Shown here piece after piece: positions 25,167 through 33,083 of a stretch of DNA of 33,083 nt. The DNA is from a virus. Taxonomy: Duplodnaviria; Caudoviricetes. The stretch lies in the IMG/VR virus record IMGVR_UViG_3300017788_000095, positions 1 to 33,083 of that record; one strand, written 5' to 3'. The position numbers were made by a program, and so were the translations under genes. The notes beneath the pieces were generated by a model. It made no database searches and was not told the DNA's origin. It saw only the letters and a program-made list of their open reading frames with translations. Position 1 is the first letter of the stretch. Each line of letters starts with the position of its first letter.

Positions 25167-25677
25167 AACTATGATCTTGACCGCCATGGTCGCCGGTACG
25201 GCGATGCAGGCCTATGGTCAATACCAAGCAGGACAAGATGCCAAGAAGGCTGCTAATTACAACGCTCAAATCATGGAGCGCAATAAGCAGACTGCTCTTG
25301 AAAAAGCTAAATATGAAGCCGAAGCCGAAGCGCAGCGTTTACGCAGGCTTATTGGTTCTCAAAATGCTGCAAGAGGTGCAAGTGGTATTGGTAAGTCTGG
25401 GTCGTTCCTTGACTTGCAAGAAGACACAACTATACAGGGCACAATGGAGCAACTTGCTATCCTGTACGGTGGTGAATTGCAAGCTGAAAACTTTCAAAAC
25501 GAAGCCAACCTGTCTCGCTTCCAAGGTAAGACAGCCGCCCGCCAAGGTAAAACTGCAGCCATGGGAACTATTCTTACTGGCAGCGCTCAAACGGCGTACA
25601 TGGGTTATGACATGAACGTTTGGGGAAGTAAACCCACGCGGTCAACGGTCACCATTGAGCCTCCAAGGAAGGGCTAA
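25156..25677 (+). CDS. Internal virion/ejection protein (gp14-like)
   Basis: Hydrophobic N-terminus, Ala/Gln-rich helix, Q.A..GASG...SGS motif, synteny. Confidence 0.7.
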   Translation: MGVETMILTAMVAGTAMQAYGQYQAGQDAKKAANYNAQIMERNKQTALEKAKYEAEAEAQRLRRLIGSQNAARGASGIGKSGSFLDLQEDTTIQGTMEQLAILYGGELQAENFQNEANLSRFQGKTAARQGKTAAMGTILTGSAQTAYMGYDMNVWGSKPTRSTVTIEPPRKG

Positions 25678-25678
25678 T

Positions 25679-27997
25679 ATGCCAAAAATTCCTACTTATG
25701 AACGACGCGGGCAACTGCCCGTTACTTACCAAGCGGGTCTTGATTCTAGAGAGCGGGCGGCATTTACTCTTGGTTCTCAAGGCATAGCTGAAACAGGTAA
25801 AGATATTCGTGAAGCTGCTGGTATTGCCTACAAGTGGCATGATCAACAGCAGCGTGAAAAAGCCTCTTTAGACATGGCCATCGCTACGTCTGACGTAGGA
25901 GGACTGTTTGCTAAGCAGTTTGAGCAACTCACGATGGAGGAAGAGAGAAATCTTAAAAACTATCGCAACCGAAGCCTTGTTGAAAAAGACGGCGCTGGCC
26001 CAGATCTCGTAGCAAAAACCGGGGTTATGGTAGACAAGTTGCTTAATAGCGAGGACTACTTAACGCTTGGCGACAAAAACAAATACTTTGCGAATGAGTT
26101 TCTAAAATTTCAAAGTCGTTTTCGTGAAGCTGCTATGGCAAGGGCCATTGACCAGCAAAGTAGATTTCATGTGCAGGCCGTTGAGGTGGGGATGCAAGAT
26201 GGCCTCGAAAAGGCCGCTACCTTTGTCTCCAACAACCCAACGCAGCTAGACGGCACCATGATGGTGTGGCGCACTATTTTGGGCGACATGGATGGGGACA
26301 AGATTCCTGACTCAATGAAAGGCTTGACCACCATTGGTGAAAGACCAGAAGGTGCCGACAAGTACTTGCCAATTGCTCGTCCTGCGACCGTTCAAAAAGC
26401 CAAGGAAAATCTCAACAAGATTGCTGAGGTGGCTTTCTTGCGCATGATCGCTGATGATCCTGCGGCAGCCCACGCAGCTCTAAAACAACTGGGTTCTACT
26501 CCAGAAGGTCGATGGAAGCTTGAAAAACTTTATGGTTTTACAGGTGATCAGTATCTGCGTTTGTTGAATAGCAGTAAGACATCTAGTGAGTTTGTTAATG
26601 TCAAAGCAAGATATGAGCTTGATCGTCAGTTAGATGATGCAGTGGCTGCTGCTCTCACAGGCACTACGCCAGCTGGCTTCAATAAGATTGAGGAAATTCA
26701 AGCAAAGGTGCTTGCCGTTCTAGATCCTAACGATCCAAAAAGTAAAGAACAAGCTTACGTTATCGCAAGCAAAGCCCACCGCGAGATCACAGTCAATAAG
26801 CGCATCTTTGGTGTGACGTCTAATTTTTCTAAGATGTCAAGCGCTGACATTGTCACTACTGTTAGAAATTTAAAACCCGCTGGGGCGAATGCCGCTGATG
26901 AAACTAAGATTCAACAGGGCGTTGCTCAGATCGCCAACAACATATTGACTGAACGTCAAAATGATGCCGCAGCCCACTACAGGAGTAACCCAATCATTGT
27001 TAAGCTGCAGCAAGACGGCAAACTTGGTGAAGCAAACGACCACATTATTGCTGCACAGCGCCGCGATGGCGTGCCTGATCATGAGATCACGTTGCTTAGT
27101 AAGAACCAGGTTGAGACTGAAAAGTCATACTTGACAGGCACTACTGGAGAACAACTTGGTCAGCGGTTGCGCAGCTTTGTTGAGAGGCATGGCGGCAAAA
27201 ATGGAGAGCGTCGCGGTGATCTACAAATCGTATGGCGTCAACTAACCACAGGACCTAATCCGTTACCTGCTGAGTATATCTGGGCTGCTAACGCTATGGG
27301 CACTCCAGCAGAACCTCAGATCATTAAGGCTCTGAGTACTAAACTTGACGTGATCAAAAACAACCTAGGGTCTTTGCAAACGCGTGGCGTCAGCTGGGGC
27401 ACCCTTGAAAACACTGCTTTGACAATCGGTGAGAAGTATCGTCGCGCCTTAAGTGGCAACATTCCAGAGCGTCTTGGTGTTTATGACTCAGCCCGCGCCT
27501 TGGCCGTTAGGATAGCGGCCATGGACCTGGCAACGGCAACGTCGGGTTCAAACGACATGCAAAAGGCGTTGACCAAAGCGTTCGCCACGGTTACGCAAGG
27601 CTATGACCTAAAGGGTGGAACTTACTACATTCAAACCAAACTTGTTGGTGGAACAGGTATAGCACTCAACACCGAACTCATTCATTCAAACGCTGAAAGA
27701 GTAAGGACAGACCGCAAACTGTTGACACAGTTAGACACCGTCTTGGCTCCTGGTAGTATGAATCCTGGAAATAAAGATCCGGCGTATCGGCAACAAGCAT
27801 ACCTTGAAATTCTTGAAAAGCGATCGTATTGGATCAACAACGCCAATGGTACAGGTTTGCAACTCGTTGTTGACGTCAGCGGGGTAATTGAGCCCGTTGT
27901 GAACAACCAAAACCAGCCATACGAGCTTACCTGGCAACAACTAAACAACCCGACTCTTCTTCCTAAGAAGAAGAGTTGGTCTTTGTTCGGAAACTGA
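25679..27997 (+). CDS. Internal virion/ejection protein (gp15-like position)
   Basis: ATG 25679, MPKIPTY start, long helical protein, synteny. Confidence 0.65.
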   Translation: MPKIPTYERRGQLPVTYQAGLDSRERAAFTLGSQGIAETGKDIREAAGIAYKWHDQQQREKASLDMAIATSDVGGLFAKQFEQLTMEEERNLKNYRNRSLVEKDGAGPDLVAKTGVMVDKLLNSEDYLTLGDKNKYFANEFLKFQSRFREAAMARAIDQQSRFHVQAVEVGMQDGLEKAATFVSNNPTQLDGTMMVWRTILGDMDGDKIPDSMKGLTTIGERPEGADKYLPIARPATVQKAKENLNKIAEVAFLRMIADDPAAAHAALKQLGSTPEGRWKLEKLYGFTGDQYLRLLNSSKTSSEFVNVKARYELDRQLDDAVAAALTGTTPAGFNKIEEIQAKVLAVLDPNDPKSKEQAYVIASKAHREITVNKRIFGVTSNFSKMSSADIVTTVRNLKPAGANAADETKIQQGVAQIANNILTERQNDAAAHYRSNPIIVKLQQDGKLGEANDHIIAAQRRDGVPDHEITLLSKNQVETEKSYLTGTTGEQLGQRLRSFVERHGGKNGERRGDLQIVWRQLTTGPNPLPAEYIWAANAMGTPAEPQIIKALSTKLDVIKNNLGSLQTRGVSWGTLENTALTIGEKYRRALSGNIPERLGVYDSARALAVRIAAMDLATATSGSNDMQKALTKAFATVTQGYDLKGGTYYIQTKLVGGTGIALNTELIHSNAERVRTDRKLLTQLDTVLAPGSMNPGNKDPAYRQQAYLEILEKRSYWINNANGTGLQLVVDVSGVIEPVVNNQNQPYELTWQQLNNPTLLPKKKSWSLFGN

Positions 27998-27999
27998 CG

Positions 28000-30900
28000 A
28001 TGGTAGACAAGATCAAAAAAGACGTCAATATTCCTAGAAAAGGTCTGGGGATTACGGAGTCCCAACTACGTGAAGCTAACGAGTTGGGCTTTAACCATAC
28101 TCCCTTGGCGCCGTCTAAGTGGTTTCAGTCATTTGGTTTTGACGAACTGCGTTCTACTACTGGTCAAGTGGCTGATGCTGCTGTTGATTTTGGCTGGACT
28201 GAAACAGGTATCGACTCGATTAAGCGAATGCGAGAAATTAGCAGGGCTGAAGAACTTACCACATACACTGATGACGAACTAAAAAAGCTGTATAACCGCA
28301 GGTCAAACTCAACTAGAAATTCAGGTCAAGGCTGGAAAAATAGACCGACACTTGACGAGTTTAATCTTACCGAGCGTCCTTCTCTTTTGCAGCCAGACGA
28401 GGCAAACACTCAATACGGAATTTCAGGGCACTTGTCTTGGGACAAACCAGTCAGTAGCCTTGTTGCAAAAATTCAGCATGAGCGAAAACTAAAGGAACTA
28501 AAACTAGGTAGCACGCTTGATCGCGCGCAAGGTTTTGTTGACAGTTCAATTGGCTTTGGCTTGGCCATGGGTACAGCTATTTTTGATCCCGTTGGTCTTG
28601 CCATTGGTTTTGTACCTATTCTCGGTGAAGCCAGATATGCCAAGCTTGGAGTAACGGGCGCTCGCCTTGCTCGTGGTGCAGAGGCTGGTTTTGTAGGAAC
28701 ACTCGCTGTTGAACCTTTGATCTATTCTGCTAAGACGCAAGAAAAAGCAGACTATGACATGATGAACTCCTTGACCAACATTGCCTTCGGCACTGTGGCA
28801 GGAGCAGGTTTGTTTGCTGTCGGTGGCAAAGTCTACGACGGTTACAAGGGTCTTAGATCTAAAAGCCATGCAGCTGCGCTTGAGACAGCAGTTAAGCAAG
28901 CAGCTAATGGACACAATGTCGAAGTAGGCCAGATTGCTACGGTTGGTGCTTCTCATAAGGTGTATGCTGCGAACTTTGATGCAGTGGCTCCTGATGAGGG
29001 CATGAACAATCCCTTTGAGGCCATCACCAAGGCGGGCAAAACTTCTACTGAAGCAGGTACTCCACTGCAAGGAATTGAAACTAAATTTGAAGAGGACCTT
29101 GCAAGTCAAAAACGCAGTCCTATCAAGGAGTTTAAACCATACGAGAACGTAGAAACCAGTATGGCCCTGATGGATCAGGCGACTGCTCCAAGGGCTGCTA
29201 AGGTCACGACTACGCAAATTACTAGAGCACTTGCAGATCCTCAGTTTGAGGAGGCAGTTCAGCTAGCCAAAGTCAACGGCATGCAGAATAACATTGCTTT
29301 CTACGTGAGAACCGTAGACAATCAAATTCTGGCTGTCAAAGCAAATGCAAGAGCTCCAATGGGGTTGTTGACGTCTAAGTCGTTTTCAACTCAAGGCACC
29401 ATTGATATGGCGAAGGTGTCAGCAGAGCTTAAGGATCTGCTGGCCATCCACGGTATCTCAATCAGCGAAGAAGCGGCACTAGATATTGCTTACAAGGGTT
29501 CTTACAACCTGGCTAAGAACAACATGACTCATGTCATGGAGATCAAGAATGCCGTGTTTGATCCCAAGCAGAACCAGCATAACGTGGTTCTTGGTCCTGA
29601 GCCCGCAATGGAGTCTATGTTTGCACAAGACGCCGTGGGTGAAGTATTCAATGACTTGAATCCTAAGGGTAAGGCAGCAGTTGAGTCTGCCATGTTTGAC
29701 CCCGACACTTACCTAGACACGACTGGGGATATCTATAACTCGTTTGCCGGCTACGACACTGCCTTCGACATTAACAACCTTGAGAGCGCTGGTAAGCAAC
29801 TAGGCACAAACAAGGGTGGCTTGTTCATCGACAAGAACGACAACAGCCAGTACTACGTCAAGTTTTATGGCAAAGATCAAGCTCTCAACGAGTGGGTGGC
29901 TGCCACCCTGTACAAGTGGTTTGGCGTGCCGATGCCTAAGACGACCATCGTTACTGAAAATCGTGAGGTCGTCGGAGTAGCTAGTGATTGGATTAAAAAC
30001 TTCAAGACACTAAGTCCTAGTGAATTTAAGAACTTGCCTGAGGAGCAGCAAGCTGCTTTTGCAAAGCACTTGATCATTGATGCTTACTTGGCTAACTGGG
30101 ATGTCGTTGGTAATGCTCCAAACTTCAACATGCAAATGATTGAGGGCAAAGGAGTTGTCTGGCGCATCGACCCAGGTGGCGCTCTCTTATACCGTGCTCA
30201 AGGTGAACTTAAGGGCGACAAGTTTACGACAAAGATTGCTGACTACAAAAGCATCATGGATAAGAATCCTGATGTGTTTGGTAAAGTTAGTTTGAAAGAC
30301 ACGGAAGAAGCCGTGGCCAACATTCTAAGAATACCTCAAGAAGAGGTCAATAAGCTAGTCGACTCTGCCGTGCTGCAAGGTATGGACAAGAAACTGGCTG
30401 AAGAACTTAAAGAAAAACTAGCCTTGCGTCGTCTTGATCTTGAAAAGACGTACGACAACGTAGCTAAGGAAGTCGCTAAGGAAACCAACACCGTCAAGTT
30501 TTTTAACACAAACGATGCCAACAAGTTTCTTAATAAGTTCTACGATCAGATTGAAAAGTCGCTGACTAGCTCTGAACTGAGTGCTCTCAAGGGGTACACT
30601 GGCAGCGCTTACGTCGAAATCAACAATGCGCTTTGGGGGAAAGAAGTCTTAGGCAAGACTATTAGTCCTGAGATGCAGAAGAGAATTGACCTTCTTGATT
30701 CTGTATTCAAGAAACTGCCTGAGACAAAAGAAAAGTACGAGGTTTGGCGTGGCAACGTTCGCTATACGACCTTCAACAATATCTTGGCAGACCTTGGCTT
30801 AAAGCAATTTGTATGGGACCAGCACCTTGATGGCATGAAAGCCTATGATCTGCTTAAGGCAGCTGAAGGTCACATCATCACGATGCATGGTTACAGCAGC

Positions 30901-31494
30901 ACGTCTTTTTCGTATGAGACCGCAAAGAACTGGCATGGTAGTTTTAAAGGCAAAGCTCCATTGACAAAGATCTTGGTGCCTGAGGGCAGTAAAGCTGTTC
31001 TTGCAGGTTCGGTATCTTCACATAAAAGTGAAGTTGAGCTGCTGCTAGACCGCGGCGCAAAGTTTCGCGTAAAACAGGTAATCAAACCTACTCACGATTT
31101 CGGTGATCCCACCTTGATTCTTGAGGTATTGCCTGATCCTAATGCTGTGATGCCGTTTGAGTTGCCTGATGCGCAGAAACTAAAACTAGCCAAGGCGTAC
31201 CACAAGCAACCTAGCAGCGCAGCAGATGCTGAGCCAATGTTGAATGAACCTAAGGATTCTGTCGCTGACACAATGAAAGCTATTGGCAATGACTTGAAGT
31301 TAATCGACAATGATTTGGTAGCAATACAAGCTAATATTGAAGCTGAGATGGTTAACTTAGACCCTGAACTTGGTACTGCCCTGAAAGCAGCACTTGAAAC
31401 CGAACTCAAGGCCTTAGATCAAAAACAAGCTAACGCGGCAGACATGCATAAGGCAGCAGAAGCCGCTGTGGTTTGTATTAAGAAGGGGATGTAA
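28000..31494 (+). CDS. Large internal virion protein with HipA/PI3K-like kinase and ADP-ribosyltransferase domains
   Basis: Gly/Ala hydrophobic N-terminal region. Kinase LGTNKGG..YYVK..NEWVA..ANWDVVG....N..RIDPGG (~29790-30220). ART YTG..Y..IN..L, VWRG, SSTS, SEVELLL.RG (~30570-31080). Confidence 0.8.
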   Translation: MVDKIKKDVNIPRKGLGITESQLREANELGFNHTPLAPSKWFQSFGFDELRSTTGQVADAAVDFGWTETGIDSIKRMREISRAEELTTYTDDELKKLYNRRSNSTRNSGQGWKNRPTLDEFNLTERPSLLQPDEANTQYGISGHLSWDKPVSSLVAKIQHERKLKELKLGSTLDRAQGFVDSSIGFGLAMGTAIFDPVGLAIGFVPILGEARYAKLGVTGARLARGAEAGFVGTLAVEPLIYSAKTQEKADYDMMNSLTNIAFGTVAGAGLFAVGGKVYDGYKGLRSKSHAAALETAVKQAANGHNVEVGQIATVGASHKVYAANFDAVAPDEGMNNPFEAITKAGKTSTEAGTPLQGIETKFEEDLASQKRSPIKEFKPYENVETSMALMDQATAPRAAKVTTTQITRALADPQFEEAVQLAKVNGMQNNIAFYVRTVDNQILAVKANARAPMGLLTSKSFSTQGTIDMAKVSAELKDLLAIHGISISEEAALDIAYKGSYNLAKNNMTHVMEIKNAVFDPKQNQHNVVLGPEPAMESMFAQDAVGEVFNDLNPKGKAAVESAMFDPDTYLDTTGDIYNSFAGYDTAFDINNLESAGKQLGTNKGGLFIDKNDNSQYYVKFYGKDQALNEWVAATLYKWFGVPMPKTTIVTENREVVGVASDWIKNFKTLSPSEFKNLPEEQQAAFAKHLIIDAYLANWDVVGNAPNFNMQMIEGKGVVWRIDPGGALLYRAQGELKGDKFTTKIADYKSIMDKNPDVFGKVSLKDTEEAVANILRIPQEEVNKLVDSAVLQGMDKKLAEELKEKLALRRLDLEKTYDNVAKEVAKETNTVKFFNTNDANKFLNKFYDQIEKSLTSSELSALKGYTGSAYVEINNALWGKEVLGKTISPEMQKRIDLLDSVFKKLPETKEKYEVWRGNVRYTTFNNILADLGLKQFVWDQHLDGMKAYDLLKAAEGHIITMHGYSSTSFSYETAKNWHGSFKGKAPLTKILVPEGSKAVLAGSVSSHKSEVELLLDRGAKFRVKQVIKPTHDFGDPTLILEVLPDPNAVMPFELPDAQKLKLAKAYHKQPSSAADAEPMLNEPKDSVADTMKAIGNDLKLIDNDLVAIQANIEAEMVNLDPELGTALKAALETELKALDQKQANAADMHKAAEAAVVCIKKGM

Positions 31495-33083
31495 ATGGCA
31501 ATGCAAGATTGCTTAGACATTATTAAGAAGGCTGCTGGTGAGAATAAGATCACTGACCAGCAGGCGAGTGACTTGCTGTCTGAAATCGAGACCTTCGTGT
31601 CATCTAAGAAAAAGATGTTGCACGTAGATAACCTCGACGCCACAATAGCTGCTCATCTGCAACAGCGCTTGAATGATAGCATCTTGGCCGCTGCTATTGA
31701 GAAGCGCAACACCATGATCAATGCCAAGGTCCTGGCCCAGAACTACAACTTTGTCGGTAAGTTTGTAAATCCTGCCGAAGGTCTGCAAGCCTTGATGGTC
31801 GGCTCAGTAAAAAACAGAGTCGGTTCTAAGCTTAGCATTGATGCGCAAGGCAAGGCTTTATCTAACAAGTACCTAGGCCGCTTGATCCATGATCTTGAAA
31901 AGGATGACTTGCTCGTTCATTTCAGCAATGGCCACATGGACGACGATATTGCAAGAGAACTTTTTGAGATCAAACCAAATGGAACCCCTGGGGCGTCGGA
32001 AAACCCTGTGGCGCAAAAGATCGCAGCCGTCATCCACAAATACCAATCAGCCGCCATCGAGCGAGCAAACCGAGCAGGGGCTTACATCCAAGCCAGACCA
32101 GGCTACATCTTCCGACAAAGCCACGACCAAGCCCGAATCCGTAAGGCTGGTTATGAGAATTGGAAGAACTACGTCATTGATAAACTAGACATTGAAGCCA
32201 CGTTTAGAGGCGCTGATCCTGAAGAGTTCCTCAAGGGCGCATATCTTGGTCTAACGACGGGTATGCACAAGCGCTTTAAGGGCGACAGTGAAAGCAACTT
32301 CTTGCATGGCTTTAAGGGACCTGCTAACGTTGCTAAGAAGATGAGCCAAGAACGGATCCTTCATTTCAAGGACTCTGATTCTTTCATGGCGTACAACGAG
32401 CAGTTTGGTACTCAAGATCTTCGTGAAGCCATTACTGGTGGTCTTGACCACATGGCCAGGAACACGGCTCTGATGGAAGGTCTCGGCACAAACCCCGTGG
32501 CTATGTTTGACCGCATGGTCACTGAACTCAAGATCAAGTACCGCGATCAACCAGAGATCTTTGACAAGCTGTCGAAAAAGAACCTCATGAACCAGCTAAA
32601 GGAGATTGACGGGACGACTAGGATTCCTGCTAACGTCAGTCTGGCTAGGATTGGTGCCATCACTAGGTCTATTCAGAATATGGCTAAGCTTGGCGGAGCT
32701 GTTGTGTCTTCAGTGACAGACATTCCTAACCAAGCAGCTGAATTGCGCTATCAAGGGGTACCTCTACTCAAGTCGTACGGTGAGACGATCTTGAATATCT
32801 TCAAGGGCCGCGGCGATCTTGAGCGTAAAGAGATTGCTCGTCTTCTTGGCGTTGGCTTTGACGGTCTGATCGGTGACGTGACGGCCCGCTTTGGTGGCCA
32901 AGACACAGTTCCCGGAACAATGGCTAAGCTTCAACAGCGCTTCTTTAAGCTTAACTTGATGAGCTGGTGGAACGACACGAACCGGACAAGTGCTGCCCTG
33001 ATCATGAGTAACAACCTGGCTAACAAGGTTGACTTGGAGTATGGCAAACTTGGCAAGGCAGCGAATGTCATGCAGCAGTACGA
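31495..33083 (+). CDS. Large internal virion protein (gp16-like position), truncated by window end
   Basis: ATG 31495 (MAMQDCLDIIKKAAG...), with the same frame reading ...QRFFKLNLMSWWND... near the end. YIFRQSHD and RILHFKD motifs. Absent from the ORF track because no stop is reached. Confidence 0.8.
   Translation, partial: MAMQDCLDIIKKAAGENKITDQQASDLLSEIETFVSSKKKMLHVDNLDATIAAHLQQRLNDSILAAAIEKRNTMINAKVLAQNYNFVGKFVNPAEGLQALMVGSVKNRVGSKLSIDAQGKALSNKYLGRLIHDLEKDDLLVHFSNGHMDDDIARELFEIKPNGTPGASENPVAQKIAAVIHKYQSAAIERANRAGAYIQARPGYIFRQSHDQARIRKAGYENWKNYVIDKLDIEATFRGADPEEFLKGAYLGLTTGMHKRFKGDSESNFLHGFKGPANVAKKMSQERILHFKDSDSFMAYNEQFGTQDLREAITGGLDHMARNTALMEGLGTNPVAMFDRMVTELKIKYRDQPEIFDKLSKKNLMNQLKEIDGTTRIPANVSLARIGAITRSIQNMAKLGGAVVSSVTDIPNQAAELRYQGVPLLKSYGETILNIFKGRGDLERKEIARLLGVGFDGLIGDVTARFGGQDTVPGTMAKLQQRFFKLNLMSWWNDTNRTSAALIMSNNLANKVDLEYGKLGKAANVMQQY

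Noticed and set aside
28546-29217. 223-aa antisense ORF and other opposite-strand ORFs in the track
   Set aside because: Shadows of well-supported genes, with no motifs or RBS.
1-33083. CRISPR array, tRNA, integrase/att site, intron or intein, diversity-generating retroelement
   Set aside because: No regular repeat-spacer pattern, cloverleaf, recombinase or reverse-transcriptase motifs seen. PolA, TerL and UvrD have normal lengths. Tail fibre and lysis genes probably lie outside the window.

Overview
The window is most of a tailed dsDNA phage genome with two divergent arms. The left arm (minus strand, 1-14434) holds small early genes, a DUF932-like protein, a nucleotide-metabolism block (SAM methyltransferase, MazG-like pyrophosphohydrolase, dNMP kinase fused to a UDG-like domain, thymidylate-synthase homolog with Asp at the base-specificity position, dCMP deaminase), a family A DNA polymerase, a PD-(D/E)xK nuclease, a putative SSB, an AEP primase, a UvrD helicase and the start of a SNF2-type helicase. 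The right arm (plus strand, 15109-end) is a T7/BPP-1-like podovirus morphogenesis module: TerS, TerL, GNAT, portal, scaffold, capsid, probable decoration protein, tail tubular A/B and four internal/ejection proteins, the last truncated. No integrase, tRNA, rRNA or CRISPR array was seen. Best leads: (1) a possibly undescribed cytosine-modification pathway beside the polymerase; (2) a probable ejection protein carrying a HipA/PI3K-like kinase and an R-S-E ADP-ribosyltransferase in tandem; (3) a bipartite ~70-bp element present twice in inverted orientation around the divergence region; (4) a capsid leader with two copies of one bulged RNA motif. All calls come from reading motifs by eye; no database search was run.
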